A stretch of DNA of 64,000 nucleotides from assembly GCF_006345805.1 (NCBI RefSeq), contig NC_043009.1, positions 7,378,001 through 7,442,000 on the forward strand, given 5' to 3'. The notes below the pieces were generated by a model. It was not told the DNA's origin. It saw only the letters and a list, made by a program, of their open reading frames with translations, and searched no databases. Numbering within the stretch: position 1 is the first letter of the stretch; each line of letters opens with the position of its first letter. A program made the position numbers and the translations under genes. The stretch comes from Octopus sinensis. Lineage: Eukaryota. Of this stretch, positions 38,367 to 52,740 are shown piece by piece.

Positions 38367-38685
38367 TATAAATTAGAGAAGAACCACCATGTAGCAATTC
38401 AACAATGATATACTTAAATCATACCATACAAAAATAGATCAAAAATACGATAAAGCATTTACCTAGAATTATATATTATTTATTATTTCGTACTTTATTT
38501 AGTTCTAGGTAAATGTTTTATCGTATTGTAAAATTTTTTCTACATGGTATGATTTAAGTATATCATTGTTGAATTACTACATGGTGGTTCTTCTCTAATT
38601 TATATACATGTATTATATATTGTAAAATGTGATTTAGTATTACTACATTGAATTTTTCCCTGTAAGTTTGGAATCATATTCCCTA
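38367..38685. repeat. second foldback palindrome (38367-38604) plus single-copy flank
   Basis: AATTAGAGAAGAACCACCATG...CATTTACCTAGAA / TTCTAGGTAAATG...CATGGTGGTTCTTCTCTAATT; no HHR core seen. Confidence 0.9.
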
Positions 38686-38706
38686 ATATTATTATCATTA
38701 TCATTA

Positions 38707-38762
<56 letters not shown>

Positions 38763-38778
38763 TCTTTTTCTCTTTTTC

Positions 38779-39179
38779 TCTTTTTACTTGTTTCAGTCAT
38801 TTGACTGCGGCCATGCTGGAGCACCGCCTTTAATCGAGCCACTCGACCCCGGGACTCATTCTTTGTAAGCCCAGTACATATTCTATCGGTCCCTTTTTGC
38901 CGAACCGCTAAGTTACGGGGACATAAACACACCAGCATCGATTGTCAAGCAATGCTAAGGGGACAAACACAGACACACAAACATACACACACATACACAC
39001 ATATATACATATATCCGACAGGCTTCTTTCAGTTTCCGTCTACCAAATCCACTCACAAGGCATTGGTCGGCCCGAGGCTATAGCAGAAGACACTTGCCTA
39101 AGATGCCACGCAGTGGGACTGAACCTGGAACCATGTGGTTGGTAAGCAAGCTACTTACCACACAGCCACTCCTGCGCCT
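38779..39179 (-). mobile_element. SINE family A, full length, well preserved
   Basis: Complete head-to-tail match, ending CAGCCACTCCTGCGCCT on the plus strand. Confidence 0.95.
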
Positions 39180-39247
39180 CATTATTATTATTATTATTAT
39201 TAGTATTGATTGCTGATTTTATATATAGAATTATTCATGATACCGTT

Positions 39248-39281
<34 letters not shown>

Positions 39282-39542
39282 ATAGTATTAAATCTCCAGA
39301 TATGTATCTCACCCTCTAAAGATGTTGGCCCTCTCTGCAGTCTGTCTCAACGTATCTATTATTCATAGATATTTAAAAACGCCCAAGTTTGCACATTGCA
39401 GAATCTGGTTTTTAAGCAAACACTGTAATAACCACTTGTTTTTCTTTCGTAATTTGTTTTGTGTTATTTATTTTATTTTATATTAGAATTAGGAATTGTG
39501 TGTGTTATCTTTATTATTATTATATTATATTATTATCTCGTA

Positions 39543-39581
<39 letters not shown>

Positions 39582-39921
39582 GTTATTATTATATTATTAT
39601 TATTATTATTATATTTTCTATTATCTGAGTCTACGATACATATATTCTAAATATAAACAAGTCTGCACAAATTGCTGTATTCCATCCATGCAATTGCACA
39701 TTAGGCGGCAAACTGTATCGTCGTATGCCATCATTTTGCATACACATAGAAGTGTATGTATACTTTCGACTTACATTACATAAAGTACATGCATACATGC
39801 AATTCCATACTTCAAACATATCGTATGCCATACATCAACATAGAAAAATGTATACATACATACAAAAACATACACCATGCATGCATACATACATACATAC
39901 ATACATAACATACATCATACA

Positions 39922-39952
<31 letters not shown>

Positions 39953-41066
39953 GTGCTCGCATACACGTATACATAGACAAACACTCAAAAACGCTTGGAT
40001 ATGTATATTTCCTTTTGACGACGTTCTTTAGCGTTCAAAATATGGTGAGCTATTGGTTGATACGCCTCATTGATCAAAATCCCTGGTAAAAACAAATAAA
40101 ACATTATCAACAGCAGCAAAAAACATCAACAAAAACAATATATACAACATGACAACAAAAGCCGCAATCAGAAATACGCGTAGAAATAGGACGAAACGAT
40201 ATATGCGTGCGTGTGTTTATCTATATATGTATGTGTTTGCATGTAGATACTTTTATACATATATAGTTACATGTGTGTGTGTGTTGTGTGTGTCTGTGTC
40301 TGTGTGTGTGTATACATACATAGATATTTATTTATTCATAAATATATGCATGCATATAAAGAGGCAAAAATGGACCAGCACGTATATATGACGTTATATC
40401 ACATGAACATCTCCATGTGTGTTTTGTGTGAGTATATATATATATAAAAATATATATATATATACCCACGTATACTTACATTTACTCCCCTCCATCCCTT
40501 TAAACAACAAAAAGATGCATATGCATGCACCTACGAATCCGCCTCTAGCGACCATTTTTCATTGCAACATAACGTTCATTTTAATATTGCGTCATTTGCA
40601 AATCTGTTCGCTTCGTAGTTTGTTTAGCTGGTTTCAAAATTTCTGATATTTCAACAAAGGATGCTGCTTTCGGTTTTTCTTCCTAATCTACCCTCCTTCC
40701 ATTCTCCATCCTAAGAGAATACGATACATCAGCTATTGTTCCTAGGGTAGTTTTGTTTTATTTTACATATATATTTACATATTTGTTCTTGTTTAAATAA
40801 TTATTTTCTTTTGTTCTTTACACTTTCTTTAGTTTTTCTTGCATTTTCAGCTGGCATTTTTATATTTATTTCTATCGTTATTTGCAAGTATGTATATGAA
40901 TGTATAGGGGTACGTATCTCGGGTGCAGAGACGTACATGCTCAATCACAAAAACAAACGCACTTAAGCACACGCGGGTGCGCATATCTGTAAACATATAC
41001 ATATACGTGAGCATACACACAAGCACAAATATATACGTACAATATGCACATAATTATGCGCGCGAA

Positions 41067-41142
<76 letters not shown>

Positions 41143-41470
41143 TATATATATATGTATAATGCGATTGTGTTGTATGGTATGTATATGTATATATGTGTGT
41201 ATTGTATATATATATATATTAGTGTATATAGTGTGTGTGTGTATATATATATATATGTGTATGTATGTGTGTGGGTATGTATATATATATGTATATGTAT
41301 TTGTTGATGCTTTTTTGGTGCTGTTGATAATGTGTGTGTAGATGTTTATATATATGTATATGTATATATATGCATGTATATATATTATGTGTGTGTTTTG
41401 ATATATTTACATAAATATGTATATAACCGCACACATGAATCGATGTGCACACATGTGTGTGTATTATATA

Positions 41471-41575
<105 letters not shown>

Positions 41576-41991
41576 TATATATATATACATGTATGTATGT
41601 ACGTCTGTATGTACATGCATAAAGGTGGGAACATGTGCGTGCGTGTCTGACTGTATATGAGTGATATGACATTTTGAATATATATGCGTGAACAGAAGGA
41701 AAAAGAGGGAAACAGATATTAAGTGCGGGTGCCCAAGAAATGGAGAGTCGGGAGAGTCATACAGTCTCTACAGTGGATGCATGAATCTCTTTCTGAGTAT
41801 GATTCAGTGCATATGTTGTCTGTGTGTGTGTTTGGTTGTGTTCGTGTGCGCGTACGTTAAATATTTCTACACGTGTTGTGATGTTCTTTTATATATATAT
41901 GTATATTTTCTTATTTTTGTTTGTTTTTCTTTGTTCCTTTCATACTATTCTTTTTCTCGAAGCTATAATATCATATTCATATATCTATATG

Positions 41992-42070
<79 letters not shown>

Positions 42071-42370
42071 TATACACATACATATATATATAAGAATGTA
42101 TGTATGTATATATGTATCCCTGTATATATATATGGACATATGTTATATATATGTGTGCACATATAGTATGTATATATATATGTATATTTATATATATATG
42201 TATGTGTGTGTATATGTATATATGTATATTCATAAATATATGTATATGTTATATTTATACATACATACATATAGATATACATGCATGTCCATTGACCATA
42301 CATACATATATATATATGCATATAGATAGATAGATTGATATAGATATGAATATAAGTGTGTGTGTGTGTG

Positions 42371-42412
<42 letters not shown>

Positions 42413-42910
42413 CATATATATATCAAACATGACGGACTTCCACGCTTCTTATCCTCTGCCTCTTTACCTCTCTCTCACTTCCCTCACTTCTCTTTTATTC
42501 TTATCACCCCCACTACCTCCAGCACCAAAACGTGTCCCTATCCCCCTAATCGTCTTTCTCTTGCACCTCCTCCTCCTTCTCCTCGTTCTTCTCCGTCTTC
42601 AATACAGATTGTTCATTCTTGTCCGGTCGATAATACCTAGAAGAATATGAAATACAGATGAACATCAATTATATTATATTTCGCAAGAAAATCCCCTCCA
42701 CGCGTCAGCCATTTTATTTTTGCGTTTCCTAATAATCACTTCTACCACCCACCCTCCCCCTTTTTCTCTTGTCGCTTTCCTCCTCTCACATTCTTACTTC
42801 CTTCTCTCTCCCTTTGCCTCTGTCTGTCACTCCACATACATACACACACACGTATGTATATGTATATATTTATACATACCCATGTATATGTGTGTGTGTG
42901 TATGTGTGTG

Positions 42911-42949
<39 letters not shown>

Positions 42950-42995
42950 GTAAATAGATAGATAGATAGATCGATAGATAGACAGATAGACAGAG

Positions 42996-43077
<82 letters not shown>

Positions 43078-43486
43078 CTACACATGTAGACGCACACACA
43101 CACACATTAAATAATTGATCGGAGGGTAGACAGCGTGTACGCTGAACCTGCGATTAAAGTGCACTACCGCGGATGATGCCTGGTAGCCGTATTTGGTGTA
43201 CCTGCTCTCAAGGCACACTAGTAGGGATATACTGAAAAAAATGTTTGGATACTGCATTTTAAAGTCCCGTATCTAAGCTATAATTTATTTTTATATATAT
43301 ATGTATATTTATATATATATATATATATGGATATATATGGACATTTTGCCTTTTGTTGTTGCTCATCTCACGCTTTTTCTGACATCCCAAACCCGCCTAT
43401 AATTACCACTAGTTCACTTTATCTCCACTAACATGTACATGTGTGTATGTTTGTGTCTATGTGTGTGTGTGTCAGTGTGTGTGTGT

Positions 43487-43552
<66 letters not shown>

Positions 43553-43569
43553 TGTGTGTTTGTCTTAAT

Positions 43570-43755
43570 CGTTGGCGATTTTTATCCTCCGTCTCCCTTT
43601 TCTCTTGGTTTTCTTCTGTCTCCTGTTTCTGAAGAAGAACGTCTGCTCGAAACGTAAAACCATCTTTCTTTCCGTCCCTGAGCGTCTGCTAATACTTTAC
43701 ATGTCCCACATCCTCACGTTGTTCTTTTTTCTTGTGTTTGTTCTTCGTTTTTGGT
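43570..43755 (+). mobile_element. short PLE-terminal-repeat-like element with HHR-like motif
   Basis: GTTT-CTGAAGA-A-GAAC(GTCT)GCTC-GAAA-C-GTA|AAAC at 43625-43660; one stem II mismatch. Confidence 0.7.
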
Positions 43756-44350
43756 GGGGTGGGATTTACTATATATACATACATACATACATATATATAC
43801 ATATATATATAGAAGCAAGATACCAAAGATTTGATATTCTGGAAATGAATCCGCCTTAAAGGTTGAAAGCAAATCTAACCTTAATGGGGGGGGGAGAATT
43901 TAAGTCTTATTTTGACTACAGAATATTATTTTAAGATCATATTTTTAGATTAATGAAGCCGCCCACCTGCTAGAATCGTTATCCCTCTGGACTAGGTGTT
44001 AAGCAGTATTTCTCCGGCTTACATTCCGACGGCTTTACTTTTCATTCTTTCGGAATGAGCACTGGATCCAATGAAATCAACTAATATCCTTCTCGCAAAA
44101 TTTTAGGCTTTGTGTTATTGTTGAAAGTATTATGTTTAGACTGTTGAGTAAGAAGTTTTAGGTCCATAAAAGATAAAGGAAAGATTAATATTTTTAATAT
44201 AGTTTTAAAGATTTAAGTGCTAAATTAAGATGCTACCAAATTATAATCTCGCATTTATGATGTATGTTTGTGCAGATATTAATTTTGTTTAGAAATTAAA
44301 AAGTTTTATTAGTTTTATAATACACTAAGGAATAATTAATCTGGTTTAAA

Positions 44351-44450
44351 NNNNNNNNNNNNNNNNNNNNNNNNNNNNNNNNNNNNNNNNNNNNNNNNNN
44401 NNNNNNNNNNNNNNNNNNNNNNNNNNNNNNNNNNNNNNNNNNNNNNNNNN
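44351..44450. other. assembly gap (100 N)
   Basis: Run of N. Confidence 1.
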
Positions 44451-44586
44451 GCGTTCTGATGCCAAAACCAGCGACCACACTGGTTAGGGCTCGTAAATCT
44501 GGTATTTCGGTTTCCGGAAGCTCTGTTGTCCGACAACACTCATGCCTTGAAACAGTTTGAATTTGCCGTCTTTAGATTACATTATT

Positions 44587-44905
44587 GTGGAGGGACATGG
44601 CCTAGTGGTTAGAGCAGCGGACTCGCGGTCGAGGGATCGCGGGTTCGAATCTCAGACCGAGCGATGTGTGTGTTTATGAGCGAAACACCTAAACTCCACG
44701 CGGCTCTAGCAGAAGGTAATGGCGAACTTCTGCTGACTCTTTCGCCACAACTTTCTCTCACTCTTTCCTCCTGCATCTAGCAGCTCACCTGCGACGGACC
44801 GGCGTCCCGTCCAGATGGGGAACCTATACGCCAAGGAAACCGGGAAACCGGCCCTTAAGAGCCAGGCGTGGCTCGAGAAGGAACAAACAACAACAAACAA
44901 ACAAC
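44587..44905 (+). mobile_element. SINE family B, tail variant 2
   Basis: tRNA head; 3' CTCACCTGCGACGGACCGGCGTCCCG...GGCTCGAGAAGG followed by (AAC)n. Confidence 0.9.
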
Positions 44906-45438
44906 ATTACATATTATCAAAAACAATATATTCAAATTACTGGAAAAATAAAACGTAGTTTGGTAGTTGTGTTATCAATTGTTTAAAGCTTTGTTCCAAT
45001 TGTAATATGACGTCAATATATATAGTTTGGACATCAACAGTGGTTTGGTGGAGGAACTCTTGAATGCATAATCAACCGAGGGTCTTCAATGGAATGAATA
45101 AAGAAAGAGAGAAAAAAAAGAGAAATGCTTTCCTTAGGCTTGCATCATGGAGAAAACCTTAGCCAGGCGCATAAACAAGTGGTCAGCAATGACAGCAGGA
45201 GCTGCTTGTTTTTCCTGTATTCTTTCACACAAACAGCATGAGGAAACAAAATGCCTGAGGAAGGAAAAGATATATATAGAAACACATAGTTGTACATATA
45301 TTAATTTACATCAGATATTATTGAATTTGTCACATAATTTATGTAAATATAAATACAAATCATATACGCGTTTATGAGATCAAAGTATTTATACATAGGT
45401 ACACACATACATACATATATACATACACACACACACAC

Positions 45439-45490
<52 letters not shown>

Positions 45491-45930
45491 ATATACAAAC
45501 ATACAATTATGAATACATAAACACACATGCACACACACGCACATACATGCATATATACATACATACATACATGCATACATACATACATACATTCATACAT
45601 ACATACATACATACATACAGACAGACATACATACAAACATACATACATTCATACATACATACATACATGCATACATGCATACATGCATACATGCATACAT
45701 ATATATACATACATATAGGTTATAAAGTGTAAGTGTGGTTAGGTGTTAAAAAGGTTTCCTTCCCCAAAAGTTGTCTCCAGTTTCAGGGCTTACTGTATGA
45801 CACATTGGAGATACCAGAGTCCCTCACCGGATAAAATCTTATGGGTCGATTTGAAAGACGGAAACTAGAAAGAAGCCCCTCGTGTATCTATTTATCTGTC
45901 TGTCTATCTATCTATCTATTTATCTATCTA

Positions 45931-45995
<65 letters not shown>

Positions 45996-46012
45996 TATGT
46001 ATGTATATGTGT

Positions 46013-46225
46013 GCGCGTGTGTGTGTTTATGAGCGAAACACCTAAGCTCCACGCGGCTCCGGCAGAAGGTAATGGCGAACTTCTGCTGATTCTTTCGCCA
46101 CAACTTTCTCACTCTTTCCTCCTGCATCTTGCAGCTCACCTGCGACAGACCAGTGTCCCATCCAGGTGGGGAACCTGTACACCAAGGAATCCGGCAAACC
46201 GGCCCTATGAGCCAGGCGTGGCTTG
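46013..46225 (+). mobile_element. SINE family B, 5'-truncated, tail variant 2
   Basis: Aligns to 44660-44870. Confidence 0.85.
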
Positions 46226-46412
46226 CCGTGATAGATCGTTAGCCACTACAAACATTTTTTTCTCTCCTTGTTTTTTCTGTGTCCCTTTCTGTAGAAGAGC
46301 GTAGGCTCGAAACGTAAAAGACTTTTTCTATTCACGAGCGTTATACTAATACCTCTGTTTGTTTTGTATACCATCTGTCTTCGTCGTTTGTGTTTTTCGT
46401 AAACTGTCCCTT
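46226..46412 (+). mobile_element. short PLE-terminal-repeat-like element, HHR-like with CUGUAGA core
   Basis: CTTT-CTGTAGA-A-GAGC(GTAG)GCTC-GAAA-C-GTA|AAAG at 46285-46320; followed by (TA)n. Confidence 0.75.
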
Positions 46413-46744
46413 TATATATATATATATATTATATATATATATATACTATATATATATATAATATATATATGACTATGTATCATATTGCTCGTTTCTTAAA
46501 GTACGCGCAACTTAGCGGTTTGGCAAACGAACCTACAGAATAAGTACGTGGCATTAAAAACAATATATATCTGTCAATAGCATAGAACGTTCGAAAACGT
46601 AAAATGTATTAAATAATGACTAATTAAATTTTAATTAAATAATTACTCATTGATAATATTCTTGTTTTCACCAACTAATTCATTAATACTTCTAAATTCC
46701 TTTCGTTAAATGCGTTCACACTAATTTTTAACTTTTAACTTATC

Positions 46745-46790
<46 letters not shown>

Positions 46791-46798
46791 ATATTATA

Positions 46799-46853
<55 letters not shown>

Positions 46854-46975
46854 GTATATATATATGTGTACGTATTATATGTATATATATATATATACAT
46901 ATACACATCCATAGATAGTACCAATATGTATACCTACATATATAAATACAGACATAAGTACCTACAAAAATACAT

Positions 46976-47007
<32 letters not shown>

Positions 47008-47871
47008 AATATATATATATATAGATATAAATATTTACATATACATATATATATGTGTATATATATATATATGCATACATATACGTATACAAATATACAT
47101 ATATCACACACACACACAAACACACATATATATATGTATGTATATATCATGATTTTAGCATAAGTAATGTAAGTTGCGATCACACAGTCGTAATTCGGTC
47201 AACTGAATCGATCGTAGTACAAGCTGAGTGATTAGTTTTTCTATCACGTAAAGATGAAAAGTAAATCGATTCCAAAGGGATTCGGAAACAGAAAATAATG
47301 GGACGGAATCAGAGACATTTGGGTCATTTAGTCCAGCGAAGCAGTTCATAAAATTCTCATTTCTAACGTTAGATGCTGCCTTTGATTGAATTAGCACACA
47401 ATGGCAGACAAATACACAAGCGCCTACACGCGCATAGTCAGACACACGCGTACACATATATAAAGACTAAGTTAGGCCCTCTTGTATGTATTACACACAC
47501 ACACACACCACATGCACACGCCCACACGCACGCAAACACACACACGAAACTGTAATTAGATATACATACACGCAATCACACACACGCATAAGATATGTAT
47601 GTATGTATGTATCGTTTATAACGGTGGAACCTCGAAGTAGATAAAGCTATAAATAATACTGTATAAATATTGGGCTAAAAAAGCAACGATGGATGGAAAG
47701 CTTCGAAGGCAACTCGTGTAACTCGAACCCGCATTCTCATTTCGCACCGAAGAAATCCTCCCATTTTCTCCATCCATTTCAGAAGCTTTGTTCTTCTTTG
47801 CGTTCCTTACTTAAAAATGAAATATTTGACGCTTCTCAAAGTTTCTTAATTCTTATGACGTAAATAATATT

Positions 47872-48233
47872 ACTTATTCCAGTTATTTGACTGCGGCCAT
47901 GCTTGGGCACCAGCTTCATGGATTTTAATCGAACAAAGCGTGGTATTTGTATAATAGGTCTTTTATATCGAACCGCTAAGTTACGGGGACATAATCACAA
48001 CAACACCGGTTGTCAAGTGGTGGTTGTGAGACAAACATAGACGCAAAAACACACTCACATACATAGTTAGACACATATATATGACGGGCTTCTTTCAGTA
48101 TCCCTCTAACAAATCAACTCACAAGGCGTTGGTGGTCGGCCCGAGACTATAGTAGAAGACAGTTGCCTAGGTGCTACGCGGTGGGACTGAACCACATGTG
48201 GTCGAGAAGCTAGCTTTTTACCACTCAGCCACG
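47872..48233 (-). mobile_element. SINE family A
   Basis: Aligns to 38779-39179. Confidence 0.85.
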
Positions 48234-48251
48234 TCTAAATGCATAAACAGA

Positions 48252-48282
<31 letters not shown>

Positions 48283-48288
48283 CATGCA

Positions 48289-48324
<36 letters not shown>

Positions 48325-48404
48325 TACATGCATACATACATAAATACATACATACATACATGCATACATACATACATACATACATACATACATACATACA
48401 TACA

Positions 48405-48436
<32 letters not shown>

Positions 48437-48663
48437 AGAGCTTCGCCTAGCAAATGACTTTATTTGCTGAAGATAGCTTGAAACCATGGTCCAGGAAATA
48501 GATGGTAAATGTTTTTTATTTTTCATTCCCTTTCGAAATTACCCCTAATTGTGGCTTGGATTTTAACTCCTTCTAGTGGTTTAGATGTCCGATTATGGCC
48601 ATCTCATGTGTTTAAATGTACAGAGTATATATATAATGAATACATACATACAATTATACATAC

Positions 48664-49050
48664 AGGAGTGGCTGTGTGGTAAGTAGCTTGCTAACCAACC
48701 ACATGGTTCCGGGTTCAGTCCCACTGCGTGGCATGTTGGGCAAGTGTCTTCTGCTATAGCCCCGGGCCGACCAATGCCTTGCGAGTGGATTTGGTAGACG
48801 GAAACTGAAAGAAGCCTGTCGTATATATGTATATATATGTATGTGTGTATGTCTGTGTTTGTCCCCCTAGCATTGCTTGACAACCGATGCTGGTGTGTTT
48901 ACGTTCCCGTCACTTAGCGGTTCGGCCAAAAAGACCGATAGAATAAGTACTGGGCTTACAAAGAATAAGTCCCGGGGTCGATTTGCTCGACTAAAGGTGG
49001 TGCTCCAGCATGGCCGCAGTCAAATGACTGAAACAAGTAAAAAAGAAAAA
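48664..49050 (+). mobile_element. SINE family A, full length
   Basis: AGGAGTGGCTGTGTGGTAAG head to GACTGAAACAAGTAAAAAAGA tail. Confidence 0.95.
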
Positions 49051-49112
49051 AAAAAAAAGAAAAGAATACATACTTACACACACACACACATATATATATA
49101 TGTGTGTGTGTA

Positions 49113-49310
49113 TGATAGATCGTTAGGCACTATACACATTTTTTTCTCTCCGTGTTTGTCTCCGTGTTTTTACTGTGTCCCTTTCTGTAGAAGAGCGTAG
49201 GCTCGAAACGTAAAAGACTCTTTCTATTCCTGAACGTTATACTAATACATCTGTTTGTTTTGTACGCCACATGTCTTCATCTTTTGTTTTTTTCCGTAAA
49301 CTCTCCCTAT
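49113..49310 (+). mobile_element. short PLE-terminal-repeat-like element (copy of 46226)
   Basis: HHR-like motif at 49181-49216 with the same CTGTAGA core; followed by (TA)n. Confidence 0.75.
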
Positions 49311-49769
49311 ATATATATATGTTACATACATACATACACCCCCCCCACAACACACATATATATATAATGTATATACACATGCATATACGTGAAATTAAGT
49401 AAATGACAAGGGAACTGGAAATTACGTAATCAACTTCTTTAGCTTAGAGCTGTTTCTGCTATCAGACGCACCGCACTCAAAGCTGAGTGCTTATGCATCA
49501 CCTTATGCCTTTCTCACAACAGAAGCAGCTGTGAGACAAGACAGTTTGTTACGGAATTCCTCACCCATCATCATTTGTTTAATGTCATATTACGCTCTGT
49601 TCTCGCCTAACGCTCTATCCTGGTGCAGATGTGTATCGAGTTCTGTTTGTATCACTATACCTATGTCTTTCATCTTTTGTTCCAGTCATTACAATGCAGT
49701 CATGCTGGGAAATAGTCTTGAAGAATTTTAAGTCGAATGTATCAGCCTCGTTGCTTATTTTTTTTTCTA

Positions 49770-49928
49770 AAGCCTGTTACTTATTCTTTCAATTTCTTTC
49801 GCCCAACCGCTAAGTTACGGGGACGTAAGCACATCAGAACCGGTTGTGAAGCGGTATATTTGTGTGTTGTGCTGTGGGGGGACACAGACATAAGGACACA
49901 CATACACACGTATATACATACATATATT

Positions 49929-49971
<43 letters not shown>

Positions 49972-50099
49972 TTACTATATATATATACATATATAATACA
50001 TATATATACATATATATGTATATATATATATAGAGATAAAACCACTATTAGGCAATCATACAATTATATACATATGTATACAAACACACACACACACAC

Positions 50100-50164
<65 letters not shown>

Positions 50165-50333
50165 ATACGAGGGGATTCTTTTTCAGTTTCCGTGTACCAA
50201 ACTCACTCACAGAGTTTTAGTCAGCCCGAGGCTATAGTAGAAAACAATTGCACAAGATGCCAAGCAGTTGGACTGAACCACGAACCGTGTTGTCGGGAAG
50301 TAAGCTTCTTACCACACAGCAACGCCTGCGCCT
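49770..50333 (-). mobile_element. SINE family A with an expanded central microsatellite
   Basis: 3' half 49770-49900, about 250 bp of (TA)/(CA)/(GA), head half 50165-50333. Confidence 0.85.
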
Positions 50334-50992
50334 ATATTTATAATTGGTAAAATAGCGATCCCCCATTTGTATTAATAAATCTGTTGATTATTTCTTTCAG
50401 TTCGATGCAAGGTAAATGTTAATTAGAACACGTGGACATTGGAAGAATTCGTTCCCAAAAGATTATTGGTACGCGTTTTCTGATCTACGTAAGGATAAAA
50501 TGTCAGTCGAGGCAGATCAGAACATAGAATTTATATCCACGAAACCAAATAAGGAAACGATGAGACGGAGCAGAATTTATTATTAAATAACATGAATTGA
50601 AACATCAATAAATACCGACCATTATCTGTTGCGAGAAATCTGTTTGTTAAAACATAGTAACAGAGTAATAAATCCTTAATGTCAAGAATATTAGAATATC
50701 CACCGCCATCGCAAATGGATAACTATCCTGCTTGACTTCAAAGAAATGAAAGACTATAGTAGTTCTAAGGCTGGTGATTTTAACAAGCGGATTAACAACA
50801 AAATTGTTATAGTTATAATCTATAAACTAGATTTGAGATTTTCTAAAACTAATTCTCTGTAAATTTGTAACATTAGCTAAATCGTTAAGTTCCTGGTGAA
50901 TAGAGTTTCTAGCCTAAATTATAACTGGAATAATTTTGTTCTTAATCCGATTGCTCAAATCACCAACCTTACGACTACCGCATATTCTTATC

Positions 50993-51180
50993 TTTGTCTT
51001 TTACTTGTTTCAGTCAAAGGACTGTGGCCAAGCTGGGGCACCGCCTTGAAAGAGTTTAGTCAAAGAAATCAACCCCCTAGCCCTTATTTTTATGTCTAGT
51101 ACTTGTTCTATCGGTCTCTTATGCCGAACCACTAACTTACAGGGATGTAAACAGCCCAATACCGGTTGTCAAATACGTGT
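50993..51180 (-). mobile_element. SINE family A 3' half
   Basis: TTACTTGTTTCAGTC...GGCACCGCC...GCCGAACCACTAACTTAC. Confidence 0.75.
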
Positions 51181-51319
51181 GGAAGGGCTTTTCAGAAGTT
51201 AATAAAAAGGGTCATCCCTTTTCGTATTGAACTGATGGGTAGTCTTAACATTATTGACATTGATTCCTATATCGATAATATTGATTTCAAATTTCGACAC
51301 AAAGTTAGCAATTTGGAGG

Positions 51320-51495
51320 AAGGGGTTAAGTCGATTATATCGACCCCAGTGCGTAACTGGTAATTATTTTATCGACCCCGAAAAGATGAAAGGCAAAGTC
51401 GACCTCGGCGGAATTTGAACTCAGAACATAAAGACAGGCGAAATCCGCTAAGCATCTTACCCGGTGATCTAACGATTCTGCCAGCTCCCGCCTTT
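51320..51495 (-). mobile_element. SINE family C
   Basis: Reverse complement of 7808-7980. Confidence 0.85.
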
Positions 51496-52419
51496 CTAAT
51501 TCGCGAATATTGATGATATTTATCGACATCTGTCTCAATAAAATCCGGCAACCTTGACATTAATCAATGAGCCATGAGTAGGTCACAGAAAAATGCCAAG
51601 AAAGAGATAACTGACATATACATACAAACACACTCCTACACACATACACAAAAACACACACAGACATACACATACACACACGCACACACAAAGGCTTAAA
51701 CGTGTACACTCAAAGACTTACAGATACACGCATACAAACACACATACGACAGGTTTCCATATACCGATTCCGTCTATCAAATTCACTCACAACGATATTG
51801 GTCAGTCCGCAGCCACAGTAAAAGACTCGCCCAAGACGCTCCACAGCAGGACTGACCTCGAAGCCTCAAGGTTTGCAAAATGAGCTTCCAAACACAACAG
51901 CCATGCCTGCAGCCACTTTCAATGGATTAGACATTATAACTATGCAAATAGCACTTTATTTATCGCCAAAAACTGGACGAAGACTAAGGAGACTCTGGTA
52001 CATTCTACTCACTCTGGTACCGTCTGGTACAATTTGAACTTAAAACAAACAAGGACAATATTCATTAGTGGTTTGGCACTTTGCTAAGTCGGTCGTTTTC
52101 CGTCAGTCTGTTTGTAGAAATGATATTTAAGATTACTGATAACGATGAAGGACTGCAAGAAATAAAAATGGCTGCCTTTGTGGATTTTTCATTAAAATTT
52201 TCCCAATCAGTTGATGCAATCTTCAGTATTTATAATCTGCAGAATCTATTTGTGTTAACTATTACAATTTAGAATTGAGTGTACGGCTTTCTATCATCGT
52301 ACGAGTATTGATGTTCGATAGAGCTGTTATTATCTTGGTTGTTATTATATTGACGGTAATTGTGATAAGGATTTTATTCGTTGGACGGGTATTTGAAGAA
52401 ATCGTTGGTATGAATATAA

Positions 52420-52442
52420 TAATAATGATGTACTGATAATTG

Positions 52443-52493
<51 letters not shown>

Positions 52494-52622
52494 TAATAAT
52501 AATATAATGAGGATGATGATATGATGATAATAATAATAATAATAATAATGATGATGATGATGATGATAATAATATAATATATAATAATAATAATAATAAT
52601 GATGATGATGATGATGATAATG

Positions 52623-52671
<49 letters not shown>

Positions 52672-52740
52672 TAATAGTAATAATAATAATAATGATAATA
52701 ATAATGATAATAATAATGATAATAATAATAATAATAAAAA
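52420..52740. repeat. (TAA)n/(TGA)n array
   Basis: Direct reading. Confidence 0.95.
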
